Assembly (NCBI GenBank): GCA_018335675.1
Contig: JAGXRQ010000095.1
Location: 16,046 to 80,045 of the forward strand
Source: Bacteroidota bacterium
GTDB lineage: Bacteria > Bacteroidota > Bacteroidia > Bacteroidales > UBA7960
Direction: 5' to 3'
Length of the DNA stretch: 64,000 nucleotides
Shown here: positions 38,801 through 46,550 of the stretch, piece after piece
How the letters are laid out: each line of letters begins with the position of its first letter
Numbering within the stretch: position 1 is the stretch's first letter
Notes under the pieces: generated by a model
The model's database searches: none
What the model saw: only the letters and a program-made list of their open reading frames with translations
Told to the model about the DNA's origin: nothing
Translations under genes and position numbers: made by a program

Positions 38801-39270
38801 ATTTATCTTCATATACTGATGTGCAGTTAACATTTTACTATTTTAATCAGTTTTGGAGTCCGGATCAGGATGTCTTGAGAGTTTATTATAAAAACTCTGC
38901 ATCTGGTTCCTGGGTGCTATTAAACACTTATAATGCAAACGTCAATTCCTGGACTTCTGTTACTATAAATATTCCAAATGGTGTATTAAGCAATGATTTT
39001 TACATTGCTTTTGAAGGAGAAGCAAACTGGGGATATGGTGTTTGTATTGACGCCGTTACAATTAATGGTGTTAGTTCATTAGTTATTGCTGGTGATGTAA
39101 ACGGCGACGGATTTGTAAACGTTGGCGATATTGTTTGGATGGTTAGCCACCTGAATGGAAGCACACCTGCAGGATTTATTATGGCAAATGCTGACGTAAA
39201 TCTAAATGGAAGTGTGAATATTGCAGATTTATCTGCACTTATTAATCTGATTTTGAATGTTATAAAATAA
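35848..39270 (+). CDS. secreted S8 subtilisin-family protease, with FN3, MAM-like, FN3, MAM-like and a terminal dockerin-like module (no T9SS CTD)
   Basis: Signal peptide present. S8 motifs are IQDGGI (Asp), HGVHVAGTVAA (His), AAGNS (Asn) and GTSMACPHASGVAAL (Ser). The protein ends ...GDVNGDGFVNVGD..ADVNLNGSVNIADLSALINLILNVIK*, and the terminator follows within ~25 nt. Confidence 0.85.
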   Translation: MKNLIRTFTSIAIIIAFSFNAKSQNIKIDTSELSYAKELNSDQIRAIEEQQQLEKTYQVVRGERPPINIEEVKEEAFEKGRIAIKIQPYLAEKLAEKFIYPDKTGFVKTGVKNLDYLNEVLNVKAYNPLFINIYNTTEKTILNREKHKAWGFHLWFEIELDEKTDIKQVVKLFSELPEIAIAEPFYKKELLGISERDNNEITRDKWTPNDPQLGNQWHYNNTGQQGGTAGCDISLFSAWNIEKGHTSVIVSIQDGGIQIDHVDLAANMWSGIGYNFVNNSPTITVHNHGVHVAGTVAAVNNNNIGVAGVAGGSGSGDGIRLMSSQVFTTTGSGGFHLAPIHAADNGAAISQNSWGYTSANVFEQNVLDAIDYFNANGGGLVLNGGITIFAAGNSNATGNWYPGCYSGTFAIAATNNQDVKSWYSNYGAWIDISAPGGETNTVTQRGVLSSISTNSYAYYQGTSMACPHASGVAALIVSYAHRNGIMLDNIDIADILRNSTDNHYGVNAGFVGNLGTGRLNAFKALQETQSYISGVLNPKNITAVANSTSEINISWTKNDNANDVMLVWSADGTFGTPNEGSSYSIGNTIPGGGIVLYRGAATTFNHVGLAAATKYYYRVFSYNASNEYSSGRGTSTATWCDILTSLPVLENFNTSSTLPICWEIIDNQGNGQVWQIGTHTSGLSGTGGNYAFLNSDGYGSGSSQNSDLVTPIMDLSAYTNVRLEFKHYFREYTGSSGKLFYSINGGASWVQIQQWSVTTANPVSFSQVISAVEGQAAVRFKWNYTGSWGYYWDIDDIAITGDVSTGVANPNSFTATPANSTQINLAWNKNTDNNNVMIAVNTSNTFGTPSGNYSAGQPISGGGTVIYNSSGTSFNHSGLNPSTTYYYKAWSYNSETIYSGGVTAQANTLCGTISTLPFTEGFEAAGIPSCWTQEYVSTHNLNWSFGAGNGGSNPSTAFQGSRNAYIKINGTPRGQSTKLITPPLNLSSYTDVQLTFYYFNQFWSPDQDVLRVYYKNSASGSWVLLNTYNANVNSWTSVTINIPNGVLSNDFYIAFEGEANWGYGVCIDAVTINGVSSLVIAGDVNGDGFVNVGDIVWMVSHLNGSTPAGFIMANADVNLNGSVNIADLSALINLILNVIK

Positions 39271-39295
39271 CGTTTCTTGTCAAAATAAAGTAAAA

Positions 39296-39330
39296 GGCTG
39301 TCTCAGATAATTTTGAGGCAGCTTTTTTTT
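39296..39330. terminator. terminator hairpin between convergent genes
   Basis: GGCTGTCTC...GAGGCAGC(C) stem followed by a T8 run. It overlaps the stop codon of the minus-strand aminotransferase gene. Confidence 0.55.
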
Positions 39331-40501
39331 AGATACTATCAATTATAATTTTGCAAGCTTCTCTTAACTGTTCTTCGGTAATAATTAAAGGCGGCGCTAT
39401 TCTCATACAATTATCGGCAAATAGAAACCAATCAGTAATTAATCCATTCTTAAGGCAGGAATCTATAACTTTCTTATTCTCGTTAAAATCCTCAAATTCA
39501 ATAGCCAACAGAGCACCTCTGCCTCTAATATTTTTTATTTTGGGGTGAATGAGCAATTCTTTACAAACATTTTCAATCATTAAGGCCTTCTGCCACAACT
39601 TATTATCTATAATTACTTCAAGATTGGCAAGAGCCGCTGCTGCACAAACCGGATTACCCCCAAAGGTAGTTATGTGACCTAATACTGGATTATTTGTAAG
39701 GCTATTCATTATTTCTTTTGATGAAATAAATGCCCCAATCGGTAATCCCCCTCCCATTCCTTTTGCCAATAACAAAATATCAGGAACAACATCAAATTGT
39801 TCAAAAGCCCACAAGCTTACTGTGCGCCCGAATCCGGTCTGTATCTCATCAAATATCAACAAAACTCCTTTTGCCGAGCAAATGTTTCTTAACTTTTTTA
39901 TAAATTCAATATCAGGAACAATAACGCCGGCTTCACCCTGAATTGGCTCAACAATTACACAAGCAGTGTTGGTTGATATTTGATTCAGCATCTCTATATT
40001 ATTGAATTCCAGAATCCTAACATCCGGCAAAAGCGGACGAAATGCATTTTTCATTCTTTCATCACCCATAACACTCAAAGCACCATGAGAGCTTCCATGA
40101 TATGCATTCTTAAAACAGACAATTTCTGTTCTACCGGTATATCTTTTTGACAACTTCAATGCACCCTCTACTGCCTCACTGCCTGAGTTTACAAGATAAA
40201 CACTGTTAAGTTTCTCAGGCAAATTTGACGTTAATAACTCAGCTAGTTTTACTTGTGGTGTTTGGATAAACTCACCATAAACCATTAAGTGCATATGTTT
40301 ATCCAATTGTTCTTTTATTGCTTTTACAACATGAGGATGCCTGTGACCAACATTACTAACAGCAATTCCACTGATAAGATCAATATATTTCTCATCATTT
40401 GGCCCATACAAATACACACCCTCTGCTCTTGAAACTTCAATTGCTAAAGGAGAATCACTTGTTTGAGCCAGAAATTTGTAAAACAATTCGCGGTTGGTCA
40501 T
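39329..40501 (-). CDS. class-III PLP-dependent aminotransferase (acetylornithine/ornithine aminotransferase-like)
   Basis: 390 aa with SGSEAVEGALKLS, FDEIQTGFGRT and LLLAKGMGGGLPIGAF (PLP lysine). Confidence 0.85.
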   Translation of the reverse strand: MTNRELFYKFLAQTSDSPLAIEVSRAEGVYLYGPNDEKYIDLISGIAVSNVGHRHPHVVKAIKEQLDKHMHLMVYGEFIQTPQVKLAELLTSNLPEKLNSVYLVNSGSEAVEGALKLSKRYTGRTEIVCFKNAYHGSSHGALSVMGDERMKNAFRPLLPDVRILEFNNIEMLNQISTNTACVIVEPIQGEAGVIVPDIEFIKKLRNICSAKGVLLIFDEIQTGFGRTVSLWAFEQFDVVPDILLLAKGMGGGLPIGAFISSKEIMNSLTNNPVLGHITTFGGNPVCAAAALANLEVIIDNKLWQKALMIENVCKELLIHPKIKNIRGRGALLAIEFEDFNENKKVIDSCLKNGLITDWFLFADNCMRIAPPLIITEEQLREACKIIIDSI

Positions 40502-40595
40502 AGATTTTAGGTATTAGGTTTGGGGTATTAGGTTTTGGGGTTAGGGTTTAACTTTTAACTTTTAACTTCGACTTTCGACTTACAACTTACAACTG
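40502..40595. repeat. heptamer tandem array filling the entire rarA-to-aminotransferase intergenic spacer
   Basis: ttttagg tattagg tttgggg tattagg ttttgggg ttagggt ttaactt x3 cgacttt cgactta caactta caactg. It is bounded exactly by the stop codon at 40596 and the start codon at 40501. Confidence 0.9.
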
Positions 40596-41864
40596 TCAAT
40601 ACCCGTATTTCTTTTTCCACAAACTCCTTAATCTAGTTCTTATTTCATTTTCGCGAGCATTATTGCCGGGGTCATAAAACTTTTCACCTTTTATCTTATC
40701 AGGCAAAAATTCCATATCCACAAAATTATTCTCAAAGTCATGAGCATATCTGTAATCTTTTCCATAGCCTATATCTTTCATAAGTTTGGTAGGAGCATTT
40801 CTTATATGTAATGGAACCGCAAGGTCGCCTGACTCTCTCACAGTAGCCCAGGCTTTTTCAATAGCCATATATGCAGCATTACTTTTGGGAGAACACGCTA
40901 AATACGTGGCAGTTTGAGACAGAATAATTCTGCCTTCGGGCATTCCAATCATAGTAATTGCCTGAAAACAGTTTGTTGCTAACAACAAAGCATTTGGGTT
41001 TGCATTTCCAATATCTTCAGATGCAAGAATAACCATTCTACGAGCAATAAACTTTGGGTCTTCTCCCCCATCAAGCATTCTTGCAAGATAATAAACAGCA
41101 GCATTTGGATCACTACCTCTAATTGATTTAATAAATGCGGAAATAATATCATAATGCATCTCCCCATTTTTATCGTATAATGCTAAATTTTGCTGTATAG
41201 TTTCTAAAACAATTTTATCAGTAATGACAACTTCTTTAGAATGATGTGATTTAATAACCAGTTCAAAAGCATTTAATAGTTTCCTTGCATCTCCACCTGA
41301 AATCCTAAGTAATGCTTCTGTCTCTTCAATTTTAACAATCTTATCCCATTCTTTCTCAATAAACGCCACAGCCTTGTTAATCAATAAATTAAGATCATCA
41401 ACATTAAGTTCTTTCAATATATAAACCTGACATCTCGAAAGTAATGGACTTATTACTTCAAACGAAGGATTTTCTGTGGTGGCTCCAATAAGTATAACTA
41501 ACCCTTTTTCAACTGCACCTAGTAAAGAATCTTGCTGTGACTTACTAAAACGATGAATCTCATCTATGAACAATATTGCATTTCTGCCTGAATTTGACGC
41601 CTTCTGAAATACTTCACGAACATCTTTTACACCGGAACTTACAGCACTTAAAGTATAAAAAGGTTTTGATAATAATTTTGAAATTAAAAAAGCAAGCGTT
41701 GTTTTCCCAACACCTGGTGGTCCCCACAGAATCATAGATGGGATATTTCCTAGCTCAATCGTCTTTCTTAGAATGGCCCCCTCACCTACCAAATGTTTCT
41801 GCCCCAAATAATCGTTAAGATTATCCGGACGAAGTATTTCAGCAAGTGGTTTGTGATCTGACAT
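40596..41864 (-). CDS. rarA: replication-associated recombination protein A (AAA+ ATPase RarA/MgsA)
   Basis: 422 aa. Walker A GPPGVGKTT and Walker B FIDEIHRF are present, along with the C-terminal MgsA domain (HYDIISAFIKSIRGSDPNAA, NAPTKLMK). Confidence 0.9.
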   Translation of the reverse strand: MSDHKPLAEILRPDNLNDYLGQKHLVGEGAILRKTIELGNIPSMILWGPPGVGKTTLAFLISKLLSKPFYTLSAVSSGVKDVREVFQKASNSGRNAILFIDEIHRFSKSQQDSLLGAVEKGLVILIGATTENPSFEVISPLLSRCQVYILKELNVDDLNLLINKAVAFIEKEWDKIVKIEETEALLRISGGDARKLLNAFELVIKSHHSKEVVITDKIVLETIQQNLALYDKNGEMHYDIISAFIKSIRGSDPNAAVYYLARMLDGGEDPKFIARRMVILASEDIGNANPNALLLATNCFQAITMIGMPEGRIILSQTATYLACSPKSNAAYMAIEKAWATVRESGDLAVPLHIRNAPTKLMKDIGYGKDYRYAHDFENNFVDMEFLPDKIKGEKFYDPGNNARENEIRTRLRSLWKKKYGY

Positions 41865-41871
41865 AAAGCTC

Positions 41872-41916
41872 GGGGTTTTGGGTTTAGTTTTTAACTTTTA
41901 GTTTTTAACTTTTAAC
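41872..41916. repeat. heptamer tandem array in the M48-to-rarA spacer
   Basis: ggggttt tgggttt agttttt aactttt agttttt aactttt aac. It runs into the stop codon of the M48 gene. Confidence 0.85.
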
Positions 41917-43153
41917 TTTCTTCAAATTTACTAAGAAATTCCAACCTCTTTAATAATGGAGGATGAGAATAACTTACAAAGACAACTGCAGAGTGTGGCC
42001 TTAAGTTGCTTAAGTTATTGACGCTAAGCTTTTTAAGAGCATCCTGCAATGGTGCAGCTTTGTAATTTATGGCAGCATACTCGTCAGCTTGATATTCATG
42101 CTTGCGACTAATCACATTACCAATGATTCCAAGTATTGTTGATATTGGTGAATATAATAATCCGAAAGCAAGTACACCAAGATGAAAAGCTGATTGTTTA
42201 CCTCCAAGGGCTAAAGATAGCTCTTCGTAGTTGATAAAAACACCCAAAAGGTAGAGTAAAAGTGCCGTATGTATCAATGAGATAAACATACCCTTTAAAG
42301 TGTGTTTCATTTTATAATGACCAATTTCGTGTGCAAGAACAGCAACTAGTTCTTCAGTTGTATGGTCTTTTATAAGAGTGTCGTAAAGAACAATTCGTTT
42401 TTTCGGGCCTAATCCGCTAAAATATGCATTTGCCTTAGTACTACGTTTCGATCCATCAATTACAAAAATATTATCTAATTTAAATCCTGCTTTCTTGGCA
42501 AAAGATTCAATTGCATCTCTCAACTCTCCTTGCTCAAGCGGAGTTTGTTTGTTGAATAATGGAACAATTAAAGTGCTATAAAACATTGTCATAAATATCG
42601 AAAATGCGGAAAAGAGCACCCATGCGTATAACCAAAATAAGTTGCCTGCAATTTCATAAAACCAAACAAATGCAGCAATTAGTCCACCGCCAATTATTGC
42701 AGCCAGAAACCATCCTTTTATTTTATCAAGAATAAAAGTTTTAACTGTAGTTTTATTAAATCCAAACTTCTCTTCAATTACAAACGTATCGTATATATCA
42801 AATGGAGTTGACATTATATCTGAGGCTATACCAATAACAGCAAAAAATAGAATTGATAAAAGAATTGTATTATTTGTGTATTGCCTAAGAATACCATCTA
42901 ACCAACCAAATCCACCAAAAAATAGCATTAACAAAATAATGATGAATGAAATAAAACTTATAATAAGTCCGAATTTCATATTAATTTTCAAATAGTCCTG
43001 TGACTTTTTGTATTTCTCCGCTTCATAAATACCTTTTAGTTCTTCGGGCAACACATTGCTAAGCTTTGTATAATTCAAATACCCAAGCGTTCTCTCAAAA
43101 GCATAATCAAGCACTATGAAAGCAATAATGACATAATATATTGTATTTTCCAT
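41912..43153 (-). CDS. M48-family zinc metalloprotease (Ste24/CAAX prenyl protease-like)
   Basis: 413 aa and polytopic. HEIGHYKMKH (HExxH) with a downstream E...AD motif, plus an N-terminal 5-TM domain. Confidence 0.85.
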   Translation of the reverse strand: MENTIYYVIIAFIVLDYAFERTLGYLNYTKLSNVLPEELKGIYEAEKYKKSQDYLKINMKFGLIISFISFIIILLMLFFGGFGWLDGILRQYTNNTILLSILFFAVIGIASDIMSTPFDIYDTFVIEEKFGFNKTTVKTFILDKIKGWFLAAIIGGGLIAAFVWFYEIAGNLFWLYAWVLFSAFSIFMTMFYSTLIVPLFNKQTPLEQGELRDAIESFAKKAGFKLDNIFVIDGSKRSTKANAYFSGLGPKKRIVLYDTLIKDHTTEELVAVLAHEIGHYKMKHTLKGMFISLIHTALLLYLLGVFINYEELSLALGGKQSAFHLGVLAFGLLYSPISTILGIIGNVISRKHEYQADEYAAINYKAAPLQDALKKLSVNNLSNLRPHSAVVFVSYSHPPLLKRLEFLSKFEES

Positions 43154-43264
43154 ATTATTTCCCTATATCCATTTTTATCCACAAATCACATAAATTTACA
43201 CAAATCACCCGACACCTATTCCCCTTTTATTATTCACATATTATCATATTGGCAAATTGGCACA

Positions 43265-45442
43265 TTAATAACCACCAGCACGTTTTCGCACAAACCATTC
43301 AACAGATAAAAACAATAAAAGAACAAAAAACAACCATCTCCAGTTTATCAAGTCAGAATATTGCTTATGACTGTATAATATAGCAGCTATATCCTTTCTT
43401 CCCTTAATATCATTAACAAGTTCTTCAAGACCTCCGGGAAAATACATTTTTGCGTCAGTTTCTAAAGCCATTCTGAACAACAAATTGTGGTCTGCAAGCA
43501 AATTGCCAGCTTCAAAATTTAATTCAGCAATTGTAATGACACCAGTAACCTGAAATATCTCATTATTAACTATCGTAGTAGCCTTATATGAGTAATTACC
43601 CGGTGGAAACAATCCGATATTCAAATTATATGAATTAGAACTTCTGCTAAATTCATAATTAAATTCTGTTTCTTCTTCATTTTTCAAAACCAAACTAACC
43701 GAAGGTTCATTAATAAGCTCATAACTAGCATTATACAATTCAGCTTCAAACACAATAGCTTCATTTTCAAAAATAAGATTTCTGGTATTGATTCTAAAAA
43801 GGTTCTTATCTTCTTTTAGAGCAAGATATTGAGATATTTTTGCAATAATCTCATTAAAAAAGTTGTGGTTACCTGAACGTTGAAAGTTATGCAATTTCCA
43901 TCTCCAAAGACCTTCGCCAAAAATGAATCCATATTTCTTATTAGACTGGTCGTTGAACATTATTAAAGGATCTTGAGTTTCAACACTTCCTATTTTTTGA
44001 AACAAAAATATGTTTGATGATGGTGATAAAAGATAATTCGCAAATGCTGTGCTAAGCGGAGGCATATAATTTACAAGGTTCTCAATCTCTTTTCCTACCG
44101 TAAACAATGTAAAGTTCTTATTTACAACACCTTGAGCGTTATTAAATTGACTAGATCTCGCCCTAACATTTACTCCAAGATTAAGACTGTTTATTATGGT
44201 ATAATTTGTTTGTCCGCCAAATACAAATAATACAGGGATATCGCTTTTAAATATTTCTGAAAGAACTCTATGATTAGGTAATCTGTATGATGGAAGCTGA
44301 TGGAGAATTATTAAATTGTAAGCCTGAACATTCCCATTGAAACCTATCAAAGGGAAGTATTCGACTTCATAGTTATCATTATCATCAAGGGCTTGCTTTA
44401 TGGCTCCAATATCGGGGTGAGGCGCATCTGCAAGAATCAAAATCTTTTGCCTACTGTCAATTACATCTATGTAGAATCGCCTAACATTGTTTTCAATATT
44501 AAACTCATCCGCAACAGCATCAACAATTACATCATATCGTTGAGTGCCAACCGAAACAGCCTCAAGTTCAACAAGTTCAGTGTGAAATTCATGCTCAGAA
44601 GTAAACTTTAGCACCTTACTAAATACTTCTGCTCCATCCTTTTTGATTTGCAACCTTGTACTTAAGCTGCTGCATTTTCTAGCTTCTACAACAATTTCAA
44701 CGGGAAAATAATTTCCTAGATATGTAATCGCATTATATGAAATTTTATTAATAAGCACATCCCTTCGTGCTATTGTATCTCCAAGTGCAATTGTATAAGT
44801 AGGAAACTTCATTTCTGTTGCAGCATAAACAGGATTAAGTCCTTGATTATAAATACCATCAGAAGCGATTATAACAGCTCCAACATTTCTATTAGAATAC
44901 AAATCAGTTATCCCTTTGAATATCAGCGACATATCGGTTAGCTTATCATTAAAACTAATCGAATCTTGTCTTCTGAACCCGTCACCGAAAGAAAACAAAT
45001 GAAGATCATATTCATTTTTCAGTAGCTTAATAACGGATTCTTTTTCAGATAAATAATTATTCAGCTCATTTGGTTCTTTATCATAAGCTAATTTTATAGA
45101 CTCTGAATTATCCTGAATAAAAACAATAATAGGGTCTTCATCATTTGTTGTAAAACGCTCAATTACAGGACCTAAAATCAGAACACTTATAACAAATACA
45201 GTTACAAACCTAAATACAACAAGCAACCATTTTTGCCAAAACAATATTTCCAGGCTATTATCTCGCCAGTACAACAATGCTGTAATCAGCAAAGCCACAG
45301 CAAGACAAAACAATATAAACCAGCTAGGGTAATGGAATAAGATATTAGACAAAACAAATCCTTTCTTTAAAAAACATACGCAAAGATAAAACGATTGCGG
45401 CAAGTTTACGCTAATAAAAAAGCTGAAATATTTGAACAACAA
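43265..45442 (-). CDS. membrane-anchored vWA-like domain protein, function unknown
   Basis: 725-aa ORF with two N-terminal TM helices. IVFIQDNSESI resembles a DxSxS MIDAS motif. A C-terminal TM helix is present (WLFFVLLLFLSVEWFV). The track start is a TTG, and an internal TTG (MSNILFHYPSW) is an alternative. Confidence 0.5.
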   Translation of the reverse strand: MLFKYFSFFISVNLPQSFYLCVCFLKKGFVLSNILFHYPSWFILFCLAVALLITALLYWRDNSLEILFWQKWLLVVFRFVTVFVISVLILGPVIERFTTNDEDPIIVFIQDNSESIKLAYDKEPNELNNYLSEKESVIKLLKNEYDLHLFSFGDGFRRQDSISFNDKLTDMSLIFKGITDLYSNRNVGAVIIASDGIYNQGLNPVYAATEMKFPTYTIALGDTIARRDVLINKISYNAITYLGNYFPVEIVVEARKCSSLSTRLQIKKDGAEVFSKVLKFTSEHEFHTELVELEAVSVGTQRYDVIVDAVADEFNIENNVRRFYIDVIDSRQKILILADAPHPDIGAIKQALDDNDNYEVEYFPLIGFNGNVQAYNLIILHQLPSYRLPNHRVLSEIFKSDIPVLFVFGGQTNYTIINSLNLGVNVRARSSQFNNAQGVVNKNFTLFTVGKEIENLVNYMPPLSTAFANYLLSPSSNIFLFQKIGSVETQDPLIMFNDQSNKKYGFIFGEGLWRWKLHNFQRSGNHNFFNEIIAKISQYLALKEDKNLFRINTRNLIFENEAIVFEAELYNASYELINEPSVSLVLKNEEETEFNYEFSRSSNSYNLNIGLFPPGNYSYKATTIVNNEIFQVTGVITIAELNFEAGNLLADHNLLFRMALETDAKMYFPGGLEELVNDIKGRKDIAAILYSHKQYSDLINWRWLFFVLLLFLSVEWFVRKRAGGY

Positions 45443-45600
45443 ATTTCTTTTTAAAGAGAAAAAAAAACATTATATTTGAAAAATACTTAGGTTTTTCATT
45501 TTATAATTGTCATTCAATATAATAATTGATTTTTTTGGCTGAATTTGATATCAAAATAAAAAACTATAATTAACAAGGAAAATCATAAAAACAAACACAT

Positions 45601-46476
45601 ATGAAAAACATACTCATTCCCACCGACTTTTCCGACCACGCAAAAAATGCCGGATTTTATGCTGTCGAAATAGCAAAAGTTATTAAATCGCAGATATATA
45701 TACTTCATACCTTCAACATTGCGGCGTCAAAACTTTATCCTCCTGTTTATTCGGGCACAATGCCTTCAGAGCAAGAAAGAAAAGCTTTAACTCAACAATT
45801 AGAAAAAGACAATGAAATTAATCTAAGAACTTTTAAAGAAACTATTTTAAAAGGCCAGGCTGAGCCTGTTGCTCATTTGGCTCAATCAACAGGTTTTGTG
45901 AGTGAAAGTGTTAATCAATTTGCTGAGAAAAAAAATGCAGATCTAATCGTTATGGGCACAAAAGCTAAATTAAAACGCTCTGATGCTTCACTTGCACCAA
46001 TAACATTTGATGTTATCAACTCAGGCGTAATTCCGGTTTTAGCAATTCATGAAAACATTAAATTTTCGCCTGTTAAAAAGATTGCAATTGCTGTAAATAA
46101 AAATTTTGATCAGGAGCTTCTGAATTTATTTGAAACTGTTATAAAGTTTGCAAAATATTTTAAATCTGAAATACATATTTTATATTGCAGCAAAACTGAT
46201 GATGCTGATGAAATTAACATTTTCAATAATAGTGTGAGGGAAGAGGCAAATAGTCTATTATCAGGAATAAAATGGACTCTTGTAAATATTAAAAACAACA
46301 ATAACGAAGAAAAACTTGCCACAAAAGTAGATGAGTATATTTTTGCAAATAACATAAACATACTTTCTTTAATAACCCGCAAGCAAGATTTATTTCAAAA
46401 AATATATCAAAGCTCTAAGATTCAGGCTAAAAAATTCCACACCGAAATTCCATTATTAGCTATTCCGGGAGTATAA
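45601..46476 (+). CDS. universal stress protein family, tandem Usp domains
   Basis: 291 aa. MKNILIPTDFSDHAKNA and DLIVMGTK are present, with a second Usp-like half. Confidence 0.8.
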   Translation: MKNILIPTDFSDHAKNAGFYAVEIAKVIKSQIYILHTFNIAASKLYPPVYSGTMPSEQERKALTQQLEKDNEINLRTFKETILKGQAEPVAHLAQSTGFVSESVNQFAEKKNADLIVMGTKAKLKRSDASLAPITFDVINSGVIPVLAIHENIKFSPVKKIAIAVNKNFDQELLNLFETVIKFAKYFKSEIHILYCSKTDDADEINIFNNSVREEANSLLSGIKWTLVNIKNNNNEEKLATKVDEYIFANNINILSLITRKQDLFQKIYQSSKIQAKKFHTEIPLLAIPGV

Positions 46477-46492
46477 AAGGAAAAATGATTTT

Positions 46493-46530
46493 AAAAAAAA
46501 CGGCCTTAAAGATTCTTTAAGGCCGTTTTA
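46493..46530. terminator. bidirectional rho-independent terminator
   Basis: Perfect 11-bp stem CGGCCTTAAAG-att-CTTTAAGGCCG flanked by A8 and T4, between the convergent usp and floA genes. Confidence 0.65.
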
Positions 46531-46550
46531 ATTTGTTTATATATCAAGAG

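Noticed and set aside
40502-40595. Telomere-like units (TTAGGG, TTTAGGG, TTTTGGGG here; their complement at 62521-62575), suggesting a linear-replicon end or eukaryotic contamination
   Set aside because: The arrays are short, internal and bounded exactly by bacterial stop and start codons. They drift stepwise into unrelated heptamers and belong to the same family as clearly non-telomeric arrays elsewhere in the window.
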